Notes under the pieces: generated by a model
The model's input: only the letters and a program-made list of their open reading frames with translations
Database searches by the model: none
Told to the model about the DNA's origin: nothing
Shown here: positions 22,870 through 36,700 of the stretch, one piece after another
Layout of the letters: every line of letters starts with the position of its first letter
Position numbering within the stretch: the first letter of the stretch is position 1
Assembly: GCA_046563655.1 (NCBI GenBank)
Contig: CM102288.1
Span: forward strand, 3,162,001 to 3,226,000
Direction of reading: 5' to 3'
Source of the DNA: Yuukianura sp. NJ FZ-2021
Taxonomy: Eukaryota
Length of the DNA stretch: 64,000 nucleotides
Translations under genes and position numbers: made by a program

Positions 22870-23785
22870 AAATCTAAACTAAACTACAAACTAGAAAAAA
22901 ACGTAGCCTTTGACGTAATTCTACAATCGTGAGAGATGTCTCTTACGGTTGTAAAAAACGTATACAGAAAATTTAGTGCATAACTTACTTGAATGTTGAA
23001 AAGTCTTGTGGCTTTTCAAGCTCTTGCTACTGTTCTGAATTCAACAGAATTAAAATTTCTAGGTTTTTCTTGAAATTTTGAAATTTTTGACAGATGTTTT
23101 ATTAACACCCTTCAAAAAGTTGAAGGATTTCTAAGAAACTACAAAAGCCACAATTGACTGAATTTGCTAAATTTGCTAACTTGTACAATTGCATATTGCT
23201 CTGTTCTAAATTTTAGGTGCATCTAAAAAGATTTGCTGAAGCGATGTTCTATAGAAGCCTAAATTTAGAACTAAAAACTTCTAAAATTTTAGTTTTTAAA
23301 CTAAAATTGAACAATTCTACAAAACCCTTTTCATCTAAAGGACTCTTGCGTTTTGTACTGTCGAGTTCGTTTCATTTTACACATTTTTGTTATTCTCAGA
23401 AGAGGCTTCATTTAATTAACAATTGGTAATTAATTTTGTTGCGGCTCAAAATAATTCAAAAATGGTCCATGGTTCCTGGAAAATATCTCTTTTTAGACGG
23501 GGGTCCATGGTTTTGGAGAAAAATGGCAGCAATTTTAGCTTGTACTTTTCAAAATTTGTCATTTGCTGAAACAAAACTAATTTTTACCGTTGCTGGAAAT
23601 TTATGTGAAACTAATTTTGATTTGTTGATTTTTTAGGAGATTCGATGAAACTAATGATGGATCGGTGAAAGTGGGACGTCTGATGACAGGCAATCTACAA
23701 AAGCTGGAAGTGCTCAGGTGAAGCGACAGGATATTGACGAAGCAAAGCGACGCTTTCAACGAGTGAAGCGCCACGTTGGTGGAGG

Positions 23786-26700
23786 TCAGCATGGTCTAGC
23801 TGAGTGTAAGCGGTCCATAGACAAGCACTCCAGAACGGCTCCACCGAGGCTGCTACGCCGTGTTTGCATGGATGAAAAGACGGTCCATTTGTTGAGCCGC
23901 GTGTCGTACTTCTCACAGGTATTGAGACTGTTGCTTCCGTCGTTTCCTCCAACGACATACAAACAGTTTCCTTCCAGACTCAAGAGCTCATGGGTTGACC
24001 TGAAATTTTGAAATTGGTTTTTTAGAAATTTGGAAACTACAACTTGGAATTTTGGCTTACCTTCTCGTATGCATCGGAGCAATTGTTTCCCAACGCATTC
24101 GTCTTGGATCCAACTTCTCTCCAGTTTGAAGACAAGTATTTCCGTCTGTGCCACCAACGCAGTAGAGACAACCGTCTAAAAAATTTTTGCATCAACATTG
24201 CGGACTTGCGGTTAGTACGTGGAACTTTATGGAATTTCATTTGTACAGTTGAATTTTTTCAAAACTTTTAGAAAACGTTTTTTTTCTATTTTAGCTTTAC
24301 CCAGCGCTGCGAGACCGGAAGACGATCGCTTTTGGCTCAGCGAAGAAACTGAGATCCACTTTCCCTCCCGGGGATCCAATCTCTCCACGACGCTGAGTGC
24401 AATATTCGAATCCAAACCACCCACGGCCCAAACACTCCCATCTACAAAACGGATTAAAACAAATGAAGTCGAAGTGGAATTCAATATGGTCATTGACCTT
24501 ACCAAGAGCAGCCAATCGACAGTACCGTCGTCGCTGCGATAAAGCTGGACAACAGCTCCAGATACCCGTAAGAGGATCGTATCGTTCTGCAGAACTGAGG
24601 CAAGAAGCACCATCGTATCCACCTAATCATAAAATCAATCAGAAATTCAATTGATTCAGTTTCTTTTTTGATTTTGAGAATCTAACCGGCAGCATAGAGG
24701 AGACCATCCATAGAACAAAGTCCAAGACATGAACGGCGCGTTCCCATTGGTGCAATTCCGGCCCATTTGTTAAGTCTGGGATTGTAGCTCTCTCCGCTAG
24801 CCAAGTCGCTGGAACCGTCGTACCTGAGTCAACAAATTGCGGTCAAAAATCTGACTCCAAGCTCAGGATACCGAGATGTAAATATCTCACCCTCCAACAG
24901 CATACAAAAGACGTCCGATACTTCCTACTCCACATCGCGAGCGTCTTGTCGACATCGGAGCAATTGGAATCCAGCGATCTGTTCTTGGATTGTAACACTC
25001 ACATTCACTGTGAATTGCAAACAGGCTCCCACCACCTACACAAATTCAAGAAGAAGTCGACATTCTTGACAGCATTTGGGAAATGGACACGATGCCTCCA
25101 ATTTTTCGGGTTTTAGACTCACCAATTGAGAAAATGTAGGAGCGCATTCCATCAGGTCGACGCTCCACTGTCCTCTCGGAAGCGAGAGAAGCCCTTTGCT
25201 CTGGTTAGATTGATTCAAATTCAAAAACTTATTGAAAAGTATTTTTATATTAATATTTTTATTATTATTTCTTCATTCTAAAATTAGTGCCACGGTACCT
25301 GGCTGAAGATGATATCGCATCGCTTCCAACATCAATTCTTTACATCCGGCGTCTTCCCGTATCAGCTCTTCGGAATCTACTGTACTCATCAAAAAGCGTC
25401 TCGACAGCAGCGGAATTCTAACTTTGGACATGAGTCGTGACAAGTACGATCCCCGTTGCTCCACGTCATGTCGTACCCATGCCATCGCGGCTTCAAACGC
25501 TTCTTCCTCACTGGCGACATTCAACTGATTACTTCCAATCAGCTCCTCCACCTGAAATCATCACATGGCAAAGCACGTAAGTTTGAAGAATACTGAACGT
25601 TTTACACAATTTAATTTAATTTTCCTAAAACTAGGCTAATTTTCGGCGATTGGCTGGCGCCATAACCTTGGTTTTAGTTTTTCTACTACTAAATTGGATT
25701 TTGGTGTGGGAAAAAGTAAAGTGAAAGCAAACATCATCAAGGCTGACTTGGTGGCACTTCAAAAAAGCGAAGGAAAGCAGAACAAACAAGCCAAATTTCG
25801 ATGTGACTTGAGGGGCTCTGCGTAGGCTTAGGTTCAAGCGCCAGGCAAATCAAACAAGTCTAACCAACTGCTTGCTTTGATCGCTTCCAGCGTATCATTG
25901 ATTCTATTTTTCATATTTGAATTGTTCTAAAACATTTCTCTTCTTCTTTATTACTTTTTCTAGTCGTTATTGATTATAACGTTACGGAAGCCTCGCAGCG
26001 TCCCAGCGCGTGTCAGTTATTACGAAAATCTGTGCCCATTTGAACAGTTTCAAAAGGAAAAGTGCGGCAGGCACCAGATGCGGAAATCGCTGCTTATGGG
26101 TTCCCGAAATCACTGTGTCTAGCCTTAGCTTTCACCAGAGCGGGATGAATTATGACTTTACTTTTGTAGTTTTTAGATTTGGCTATTGATTTTACTTTTG
26201 TTCTTTACCGCAAGTGAGAAGTGAAAAAAACTTTCAATTTTTTATGCTTTCTCTTTTGTCGCAAGCGAGAAAGTGTGAAATCCTTTTGTTCTTTTTTCTA
26301 TTCTTGTCAGGTACCAATTTTCATAAAAAATTTTTACTTTTCAGAAAAGCTGAAATTCTGACCTCTTCCAGGGGCAGGACGAGAAACTCCTCGGTGTTCA
26401 TAACGTCTGGGAAGTTCTGGAGAGCGAATCGATGAGATCTGGTGTGGAGGTCGTGGCAAGAATGCGTGTCAGCAAAAGTCCGAATTCCCAAGCAGTTGGT
26501 GGGATGAAGTTGTCGAAGCAGAAACTTGCAACATGCCTCACGAACTAGAGACATTTGAAGTAGACTTGACGCTGGAAGCAAAGCCTTCATATTGAAAAGA
26601 AAAATGAAAAGGTCAAAGGTCAAAATAAGTTTTTAGTAGCACAAACTTTTTTTAATCAAACTTTTTTCTTTTGAAACAGGAACATTTTGTTACTTGGACA

Positions 26701-27337
26701 TTGTCTTCGGTTATGAGCATGTCTCCAGTGTAGGCGTAGTTGACGAGCTGCTCCATCGCTTCTGGATCAATCTCATGAATTCGAATGATCTTCTGTGTTT
26801 TCTCTGCCAAATCGTCTGTAAGTTTTCGAGTTTAATTACATTTTGGCTCAACTTATCACTCTTTTTTTTGCTGTTTTCAGGGAGCTCTGGATTAGCTCAG
26901 CATCAGTCTTTTCCAGATCACTTACCGTTGAACATAGCTTGGAAGTAAGGGCTGATGGCAGCCAAAATGACCTTGTGGGCTGGAATGGAGACTTTGTCAT
27001 CGACGTTGATGATGACGTCACAGAGGAGGTGACTCTGTCGCATCTTGGCCAAGGCATCAAAGGCAGTAGTGGCATGGTTTGGATTTTTGTGAGCAAAGGG
27101 CAGCACAGGACCAACAGTGGATCCGTCTCCGACGGCCCCTGAAGACGGTGAACTCGGTGAACTATTGAATGTCGGTCGATCGCTGGAGGATGAAGACTGG
27201 AAAGCTTGACTTCCGCCTAGAGTTAGGCTGGAAGTTAGTGGCAGTTTGAGAGACACGCGATTCAGAGAGCCCGTTGAAGCCACGCCGTTCAAACTCGAGG
27301 TCATTGAACTCAGGGTTGAGGTCAGCTCGGGACCCAT
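23786..27337 (-). CDS. KLHL17: Kelch-like protein 17 / actinfilin-like (BTB-BACK-6 Kelch; CUL3 adaptor), multi-exon
   Basis: BTB LCDVIINV..PAHKVILAAISPYFQAMF; LLPASSLLQM..ACCKFLLRQLHPTNCLGIR; GGGSLFAIHSECECY; GGYDGASCLSSAERYDPLTG; RSTHEL..LYVVGGNDGSNSLNTCEKY; RRSSLGGAVLE. The start codon is tentative and upstream exons are likely. Confidence 0.9.
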
Positions 27338-29194
27338 CACCTAACTGCTGAAAAATAAAACCAAATTCATAGTTTCCGTAAGTTTTCATAAAAAATTCAA
27401 CCTTTTCGTTCAAGTTTTGTGTTTTACGCTTCTAATGACTTTTATTTCTGTTTTTAGAACTTCAATTTTCTGCGCTGGGAGTCTTATCCCGATATCGGAT
27501 ATCGTGTAACAAAAGCGGGTTATCGGATTATTGACATCAGCTTTACCTTTTCCAAAGGTTGTCATTTGACATGTCGTAAACCTGACACAAATTCCAATAA
27601 TGTCACCAGAGACAAATGTACTTCTGCTGCTTTCTCTGATACTTTCCTATTGTTAGTTTTTGTTTCCATCAAACATTATGTTCACGTAGACCTTCTCACA
27701 CCACAAACGCTGCAAGCATCAAGCAAAAGGAAACAAAAAGCACACAATGGATCGCCGAAAACAAAGTTTCCGTTTCAGTGCGTGACGGAACAGGAAGAGG
27801 AAGAAAAACCGATTTTCAGGATCAAGTTCCGTCAAAAACAGAAAGCGGTTTACCCCAGCCACTGCGTCGTGGCGGTTAAAATCCCTTTTCATGGTTTTGG
27901 CAGAGAGAAAAAGTTTCGTGGGAAGTTTAAGCCCTTGTCTTCTAAAATTACGAAATAAGTTCATTCGAGTAGGGTGCAATGACCATTAGAGTCTTGGGGG
28001 AGCGGGAAAAAATTGAATCATGTTTCGTTTATAAGAAAAAAGCAGAGTTTTCTCTCTGCTTTCCCCAAAATATAATAAATTGTCCAGGGAGGAAATTGAC
28101 CATCAAAAGCCCAAAATCATGAACGATGATCCTCTGTTGCAACTTTCTCTTCCGGACCTATTTCTGGAGAAAGTTCAGAAATGTACACCGTGTTCCATAA
28201 AGATTTCTGGAGAAACAAAAACCTTTAGCAACATTCCAGAAAAGAAGGCCAACTTCTGGAGAAAGCAAGGCTGAATTTTCTTTCTCCTTTTTTCCTCAGC
28301 GAGTTTTTTCTTGTTTAGAGCTAATTTTCCATGATCCGTAATGTACTTTCTCCAAATTCTTTCCTTGAACTCGAAATGAAATGAAATGAAAACGACTCCC
28401 AGATTGGTGTCCATTATTTGGCTCTAAATCTGGCCAGAGGAACAGAAAAGTAAAGGGGCTTATCGATTCCGTTAGTCTCTCGTTCATAGTCCTCTATAGT
28501 CCTTTAGTTGGCCAACAACGAGACTTTCACTTTTCGAAATTGACTTTCTCCCAGGCTACTCAAGTGGTGCTCAACACAGTGGAAAAGCCGTCGGGTTCGC
28601 TCAGGACGAGGGCAACAGACGATCCATTTTTAGCTCCTTCTAGAAGTTCAACCTCCTTCGTTTCTGTCTAGTGACGCTGATGACGCTGAATTAAGGAAGC
28701 ACTAAATCTTGGCAGGTTTCCTTCCTCTCTCGTGTCACAATATCACTGCACCTCATCAGCGATACGCTTAAAGGCGAGACTGATGACCTTTCTCCCTTCT
28801 TACTAAGACGCTGAAATGTCTTTCTTAAAGTTCCTTCAACTTTCCTGGGGTCCTTTATGACATTCTGGAGCCCTTACACCGTTATAGTATACGCTCCATT
28901 AAGATTTCAATTATGATTACAAAAGAAATTGACGTCTGGTGCATAATTACTAGGCTGGCAGAGTCATTTTTCAAATGGTGCAGAAAAACCAGCGAGCCGA
29001 ACTTTCACCTTGCTTTCCTACTTCTTTTAATTCAAAATTTGCTCTTTAGAAAAAATCCATGCACTTATAAGGCCAAGGATTGCGAAAGAAAAAAATCAAT
29101 ATCTGGAAATTCATTTTTGAAATTCTTCAGGTGATTCTGAGTTTAGTGGTGAAAAAATTAGCTTTCTGTGACATTTTGTTTCAGAGAAATGAAT

Positions 29195-29453
29195 TTTTAA
29201 AGTTTTTGAATTTTAGAATTTTTTGGAAAAGATTTTACGTGGGGAAGCTAAAGGTTCTGCTTTGAAACTGTCCGGAGCTATGCGGGGATCGTACGATCCA
29301 GAAAGGCTCCTCGCCTTTCTCAACTTTTTTTCCACTACTGACGGCATTCCCATACAAAAGCCAGGCAGAGGACGATTTCCTATCTACCTCTTTGCTTCGT
29401 ATAATCCCCTATCTCAAACCTCGAAAAATTCCTAGTGCACTTTCAGAATCTTC
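29195..29453. repeat. Duplicated self-complementary element, copy 1
   Basis: Highly similar to 30173-30427 (ggggaagctaaaggttctgctttgaaactg...gtgcactttcagaatcttc) and contains nested internal stems. Confidence 0.9.
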
Positions 29454-30172
29454 GCCCACAAAACACAGCAACAGACGCAGCATCTTCTCTACTTTTCGCA
29501 AGCGCTTCAGACGCTGCAAACCAACGCTGAAAAATCAGCACCGGAAGCACTCCGTTCACAAAATTTTCAAACTTATTTGCGTTTTTAAAAAACTTACAAA
29601 TTTTTCAATTTTTCATTTATTTCTTAGGAAACCAAAAACCAAACCAACAAACGCAGAATCTTTAAAGATAAAACCTCGCAATTCGAAAGTTGAATTTGCA
29701 AAAACCAAAAATTCGCAAAAACTATAGAAAAACCTGACTCCCTTTCTCCAATTTTCACAAACTAAAACATGAATGAATTTTCAATTCTTTAGCCTAAAAA
29801 CGACGCAAAAAATTCGGAAAACAACGGGATTGTTCTAGAATTTGTTTAAAAATAGAGCATGCTCTTTTATTCCTACTCTGAAACACTTTGAAAAGGTGCA
29901 ATAGAAAGTGGGCGTGCAGAAATCATTGGCTCTGAAATAAAAATTTGAATTATGAAAACAGTTTTTAAAAATCGAGACGAAATTTTATTTTAACACAACA
30001 GAATTCTGTTACACCACTGAAATTGTTTTATTTTAACAGAATGGAATTTTATATTTGATTTTTAAAACGATTTTGTTTTGAATTTTTAAAACGTTAAAAA
30101 ATACTTGAGATCATTATGAATTTAGCTTTGAATAGATTAACTTTCTAACGCATTTCGTTGAAAAGATATAAA

Positions 30173-30427
30173 TTTTTAAAGCTTTTGAATTTTAAATTTT
30201 TTTTGGAAGAGATTTTTACATGGGGGAAGCTAAAGGTTCTGCTTTGAAACTGGCCGGAGCTATGCGGGGATCGTACGCTCCAGAAAGCCTCCTCTCCTTC
30301 CTCAACTTTTTTCCCACTAGCGGCATTCCCATACAAAAGGCAGGTAGAGGAGGATTTCCACCTCTTTGCTTCGTATAATCCCCTATCTCAAACCTCGAAA
30401 AATTCCCAGTGCACTTTCAGAATCTTC
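30173..30427. repeat. Duplicated self-complementary element, copy 2
   Basis: Direct repeat of 29195-29453, about 980 bp downstream. Confidence 0.9.
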
Positions 30428-33400
30428 TCGTTGTGTCATACACTAAAATATTTTTTTTAAAACGTTGTTCCTTTGCAATTCTTTTTGTCTTATCGCCATT
30501 AAAATTCCGAATTCAAACGGAAAAGACCGTGAATTCAAAATTTGAGTTTTTCAAATTTTTCGTTGGTGTAATATTTTCACAACTTCACTTTGTACCAGAA
30601 CTAAAAACGAACAACGGAAATGCAAACAACTTTTTAATGAAAACTTTCTCAAGCGGCTTCGATGTTAAAGTTTGTAGTTCCTGTGCTGCTCTTTTCTAAA
30701 ACTTTTGAAACTTTGAAAAATGAGGTTGAACAACATGTTTGAAGGGTATTAAAAATTGGATTAAATTTTTAACAAAAGGAAGAGTGAATGAACTGAGAAG
30801 TGCATGTTAAAGTAAGCCCGAATAAGTGTAGAACGTTGTATGAAGGAATATTTAACAATAGAAGAGAGAGATCGATTGTTATAGAGCAATTCCTACGGGA
30901 GTTCACTTTCCTTTAGAATTCCAGAATTTCAGAGCACTTTCTCTTTGTTCAGGTGCCTTTTCAATTTTGAGTTAGTGACAGAATGTAGATGAATATAAAA
31001 AAGTTTTCGAAGTTTTTTCAACTTCCTAAATCAAACATTCCTTACACGAAAATGAGGAAACAAGCACAAAAACTTTCCTTTTTAATAACAAAGTTAAGGC
31101 TCAACCAAATTCTCAAGAATACAATGCAGTAGCGTCCTTATAAATAAAAAATTTCAGAAACTAGTGAAAGTGCAAACAACCAAAGTAAAAACACGAAAAA
31201 AGTTTTCACATCGGTGCTCCATTTTCATTAACACTAAAAGCAAACCCTCACACTCACTTTAATTGAAGTCTCAAGAGAGAGTTGAGCACAAGAAAAAAGT
31301 TCGTTTCAACTTTCAGCTGCAGCCGTGCCTGTTCCATTTTCTAAAAAAAAAACTAAAAAGAACTACTAATTAGAATTTCTGACGCTGGCTTTCTCCAAAA
31401 TTGTCAAAACAAAAACACTATAGAAAATCACAATTCGAGAAAAAAAAACTTTCTCCTAAAAAAAACTCTCAAAACTCGTTCGAATTTGCGTGCTCAAATC
31501 CAAGGTTTGTCTGGATAAGAAAAAAGAAGCTTTTGATGTTTTTGCGGAAAGATAAAAAATTAACGCGTCCAAGGCCTTCTTACGTTATTACGTGTGTACG
31601 AAATAGCACGCACATTGGATAAAAAAGTGCCAACATTTTGTGAATTAGGTCATATATCTTTCCACACTAAAAAAGAAAACTAAGGTGCTCCGTTAAGCCT
31701 ATGTACTAATGAAAATGAATTTTTATTTGTCCATTTTATTGCCATTCTAACTACGCAGTTTTCAGAGTTTTAGTTTCCAGCTTTCTCTTTACGAAGAGTA
31801 AAAACGAAGGTCAACTGCTGGGGTCTGAATAATAGACTAAAGCCTCTAATTTATTAGACACCAAGAGCCCAGCAGTTCCATTTGAACAAAGTGTAAAAGT
31901 AGGACACCAGACTGTTGCTGGATACTGTTACAGTTAGAATTCCAAGGACAAAGGAGAAAGCAATGTAATGAATGTTAGTTTTTTTTAGAACATTGTTTTC
32001 CAGGGCTGGAAGATCCAAAGTTTACATAACCATCTCATTCCAGAACTTCCATTTTGAATTCTGCGGAATTAGGTTTTATGGTTTACGGTCATTGTCAAGA
32101 AAAGTATTGCTTTCGTAAGCTACTTCTCCAGTGCTATTGTTCCCTGATGACCCATAACTCAGCATCTTGGATCCATTCCCCATAGGGTCATAAAACCTCA
32201 AGGTCAACTGTCTACTGACCCAGATTCATAACTCGTCTAACTTTCTCCTCAGTCTGGACACATTTTGATAAGGCATGACACACTGGCCGAGAGTACTTAG
32301 AAAGAACAGAACATGTCAAGTCAATCATAAAAGCAGACAAGAGTGGAAAAATCGTTTACGAAAGTCGATTTTCTCTTTTCTGTACAAAAAGGAATCGATT
32401 TCTTCAAAATTGGCAACGCAAATCTACAAAACCAAAAATCCATACTTATGGAGTACCTCAAAAACTGACATAAAGACCTCGAAGTTATTAAAAATATCGA
32501 TTTTCAACTTAACACTAACGATAATTAAAAACTTAAATCTAGGTCATCTCAATAGCTTAAGTTATAACTTACAGATCTCCGAAATGTTTTCAAAAGTGAC
32601 CTCTTGACCTTGACACAGCTCCTTTGATGAATTAATTTCTTGACGTTCTTCTTGCTTGCTTTCTTCGGCAGTGAAGTTGATTTCGAGGCGCGCGGGAGCC
32701 CTTAAGTCCCTTCCTTAGTAACAACTCGAAGTCTGTTGTTGCTCAGTTCTCTCCTACTTCTCTCTACGCTTTCTCCCGCCCGACTAAAACTTCCGTCCGT
32801 TCCTCTACTTTCTCTAGGCTGAAAAAAACGCGCCAAAGCCCCTCAAATCGAGTCGTCGGCTAGGCAGAGGGCTTTGAACTTTTCGTCTTTTCCGTTTGTG
32901 GATTCTCTGGAGAAAGCGACAGACTTCCTCTACACGCATCCTCCAGAAATCCCACCCAGACAACCACACACTTCCAGACACGACTAAAACGTCATTTCTC
33001 ATCCTGTCCAGCTCTCTCTTTAAAATTGAAACTTTCCGAAACCCCAAGGTACCTACGTCAGCAAGGTACCTCAAGGTACCGGTAAGCTACCTTACTTTCT
33101 CTAAGGATGGGCTCGTAGGGTACGCTTTTTACTAAAATCCAAACTATGTTATACGTGTTAACTCTTACATACAAATTAATCTAAACTAATATGACGGATT
33201 ACTGTATTAAGTTAGCAACATTTCATTTGTTAATGTACTCACATAGGCCTACCTTCACTTAAATCGTTAAGGAAAATCCTAACTCTTGGAATTCTTTTTC
33301 TGGATGACATTGGATCTGGATGGAATGAAATTTTATAGTACAAGGCCAAAAATTGAACCATTAATCACAATTTATACTAACTTCAAAAAATTACCAATTT

Positions 33401-33431
33401 CTCAAATCTGAAATTCTCCTACGCTTTTCAG

Positions 33432-33472
33432 AAAAATTCAGAAACAGGGAAATTCCCTGTTTCTGAATTTTT
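33432..33472. repeat. Perfect 20-bp inverted repeat with a 1-nt spacer
   Basis: aaaaattcagaaacagggaa-a-ttccctgtttctgaattttt, about 250 bp past the yurt stop codon. Confidence 0.95.
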
Positions 33473-33723
33473 TTCCCAAAACTACTAAAATTTTTGTAAA
33501 TGGCACTTTTCAAATTACTCTACCTCTACCACCTGAAGTGATCTATGCTTTCAATGGGTAGTTATGATCATCTTACGAATTTTAAAAACAAACGGCCTCT
33601 AAATCATCCAAAACTTTCTGACTCCTCCTAATTTTCACAGAATCCATGTACACTGTAAAGTACATTTTGTATAAAAAGCAGACGCTGATTCAGCGACAGT
33701 CTCCAACTTTCTCCAGCATCCGT

Positions 33724-36700
33724 TTAAATTTGTGTCGTAATCACCGTTCTTCGCGTAATTACTGCCGGTTTCTCCTTTTCGTAATTTCCATTCAAGTTCC
33801 CATTGTTTTGACTCAAGACGGAATTTGCTCTGGGCTTCGGTACTGGCGTTGGTGTGAGCTGCTTCTCATTATCCTGCAATAAAAACCAAAAACAAAAAAA
33901 ATTACTTAAAGAACTTTTAAAAAATCTTAAACCTTAAGCTTTCAGTGATCTCCCGCCGATTAATGGTAGTTGACAACATGTCACTTTAAAAATTAATCAA
34001 GCCAAGGTTAGGTTTTTAGGTGTTTGTGGCAAAGTGTAAACAAAAGTGGTTAAGCTAAAAGCCCATTTCCAAGATTCAGATCAGCAGTTAGCTTAAATTG
34101 CAGTTTCTCCAATTCCAGCGTCTTTGTGGACCAATTCCAGCGCTTATTTCACAGATCCCATCAGCAGTAAGTAGAAAAAGCATCCCAAGAAGAAACCATC
34201 TCCCACAGCTTAGAAAAGATTTTGAAAAAGTAGAAAATCGAGTTCCAGGCCCCGGAGTGAAGCAGTAAGAACCAAGAGCCTCCAGAAATCTTTATGTCCA
34301 ACATCCCAGAGAGATTCAGCGACTCAATTTGACTCGCCTCCAAAACTTACTCTTTGATTTAAGTTTGGACTGCTGAGCTTAGCCTTTGTACACGGATCTT
34401 CTTGGCCTCTGTCCATTGCCGGGGAAGTGGACATGAGGAAGGGATTATGGAAGGGATTCGTGCTATTTGACATACTTAGGAGGGCAGAGGTGATGGCATC
34501 CAATTGCTCAAAGTCAAACGGATTTCCTGGAGGGGGACTTGAGGATAGTGGGTCCTTGACAGTGAGTTCAGTAAAAAATGGATTAGTGGAAGATCCATTC
34601 TTGACAGGAGATGAAGGGACTTCAGTAATTACAATTTCCTTGTCTCCTTCATCCACTCCTTTCTTAAACTTTGACTCTCCATTTTTGAGCTCCACACGAC
34701 CCTGGCCACTGAAGTGGGTCAAGGTCACGGAGCGCGTGATGTCAGGCTCAAGGAGTGGCAAACTGTCATCCCCACTCAACTGTTCGTCACTGGAGGAGGA
34801 GTGGCCACCAAATGGTGCTGGAGGGGGCGAGGACGTGCGGGGAGGAAGTGGTGGTGGTGTTGAGGAAAAGGACAGCGTTAACTTATCTCCTCCCTAATTT
34901 ACAAATTCAAACAATACAACATTAATTAGTAATTACACTTTTTACAAAAAACACGCCCGAATGAACACAAACAAAATTTTGAAAAAACGAAAAACACGCA
35001 AGGTCATTTCGAAACACATTTCCTAAACTACAAAGTTCTGTAAGTTAGTGACACGTTTTGAATTTGAATTTAAAACTTCTACTTTTTCTTTTTTTAGAAA
35101 AACAAAAACTCACCACTGAAATGAAAGTTGCCGCTTCATTGCTGTGATGATGGTCGCCATTTTGGATCGTGTTTTCGCGCTTTTTCACCGAAAATAAGTC
35201 TCTGCAAATAAAAATCAACATAAATTACTGCATAATCCAGCAAAGAATCCTCAAAAAGTGACAAATTTTCAAAAAAATTTGAAAACCACTTACGGACTAA
35301 TCGCTCCAGGCACTTTCCGCAGCTCTTCGTCAATTTTGGCTTTCCAGATATTACATTTCAGCTGATCCGGTGGCAGTGGCTTTGGCAGGGAGACATATTT
35401 CGTCTGATTATTCGGCACAATATTCAAATCTGCTTCAGTCGGTATCCCTGGACTCTCTGAGGTGGCCACGACATCAACCCCACCAAAGAACCCACCAGCT
35501 TCCTTTGCAATACTCTTGATCAGAGTATCCAACGGATCATCTTTTGGACTTGGCGAAACCTCAACATCCACCACTTCCAAAGGACTAGGCGTTGAGGTGG
35601 ATCTGGAAGTTGGCGTTTGTGGTGGCGACATTGAATTACGTCCACTTGGAGCTGGCGGTGAAGCGTTTTCGATTCTTGGACGCAGAACGCGTGGTTCCTC
35701 GGACAAAAGTAGATCGGTTTCAATTTCAGTTGGTCGTTTGACTGCTGCTGGTTTCCTTTCTGCAAGTGACGGTGATGATGGAAAATCCTTTGGAATTTGT
35801 GGCAATGGTTCTGCTGCTTCGTTGTTTGGTTTTTCTTTCTGCCGCTCTCTCAGAATATGAGACTGTCGACGAGCGTAGCGTTGGCTCGGCCGTCTTTCAA
35901 ACTGGACTGTTCTTCGAGATCTATTTTGTGCAATCGTTTGAACTTCTGTTCGACCGCTGAAATCAAACAAAATCCTTGTAAGTTCACTGAAACCAACCAC
36001 TAATTCAATCCGAGAGAACTGGTTTTACCTGTATCGAAAGCGGGATCCCATTCGGAAAAAGTTTTGTCTGGCGTTTGGAGCCTTCGCTGCCGCTTTGAGT
36101 CTGAAGAACGCATGGTGTTCAACTGCACATTTCCTAAAAAAAATCAAAAATACACAAAACCTTGTCACAAATTTCCGAATTCGTTCTGATTTTGAAACTT
36201 TAGAATAAAGATTTACCAAAGGTGTTTCGCTGCCTTTTCATTGTGTAATCTGCATCAAAATAAATTAACAATTCCAATTATCATCCAACAACAAAAGCTG
36301 ATTTTCAATTTCGAATCGAAATCGATTCTTCTTTCATTGAAATTTTGAAATACCTAAACACAAACGTGTGTTCTCGCTCTTTTCCTTCTTCGTCATCCTC
36401 CACTACAATCAGCGTCAGTTTCTTCTTTTTGAAATCCAATTTCGTAATTTTAGGCCAAAAGAACAGACCGATTTTGGAAGTTCCCTCGAACACTAAAATC
36501 CCAGTTGGTGTAAGGCCGAGTGAATACTCTGCTCCATCTTTACCCTAAAACACAACACAAAATTAGCAACACACAAACAACTAATTAATTTAGATCAATT
36601 CATCAGAACTTAATCGATCTTACAAGAACAGTGTGCATGTCAACTCCATACATCTCCAACCACTTTGCCTTGTTCAAATAATTCATCTCTGCTTGTGCTG

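Noticed and set aside
25631..26130. Possible PIF/Harbinger MITE in a KLHL17 intron
   Set aside because: The ends match only over about 6-7 bp (aggcta/tagcct), too degenerate to call.
29300..29325. ggctcctcgcc resembles the P3-L3 of HDV-like ribozymes
   Set aside because: A 7-nt L3 leaves no P3 pairing, no P1/P1.1/P2 partners could be placed, and copy 2 changes the motif.
33046..33095. Triple aaggtacc repeat
   Set aside because: Very short with irregular spacing and no function inferable.
34161..34343. Stop-codon read-through or a TM tail after the yurt VSFGGESN* stop
   Set aside because: The TGA-G context is not favourable, the extension is short, and a strong donor at 34350 splices in frame to the true last exon.
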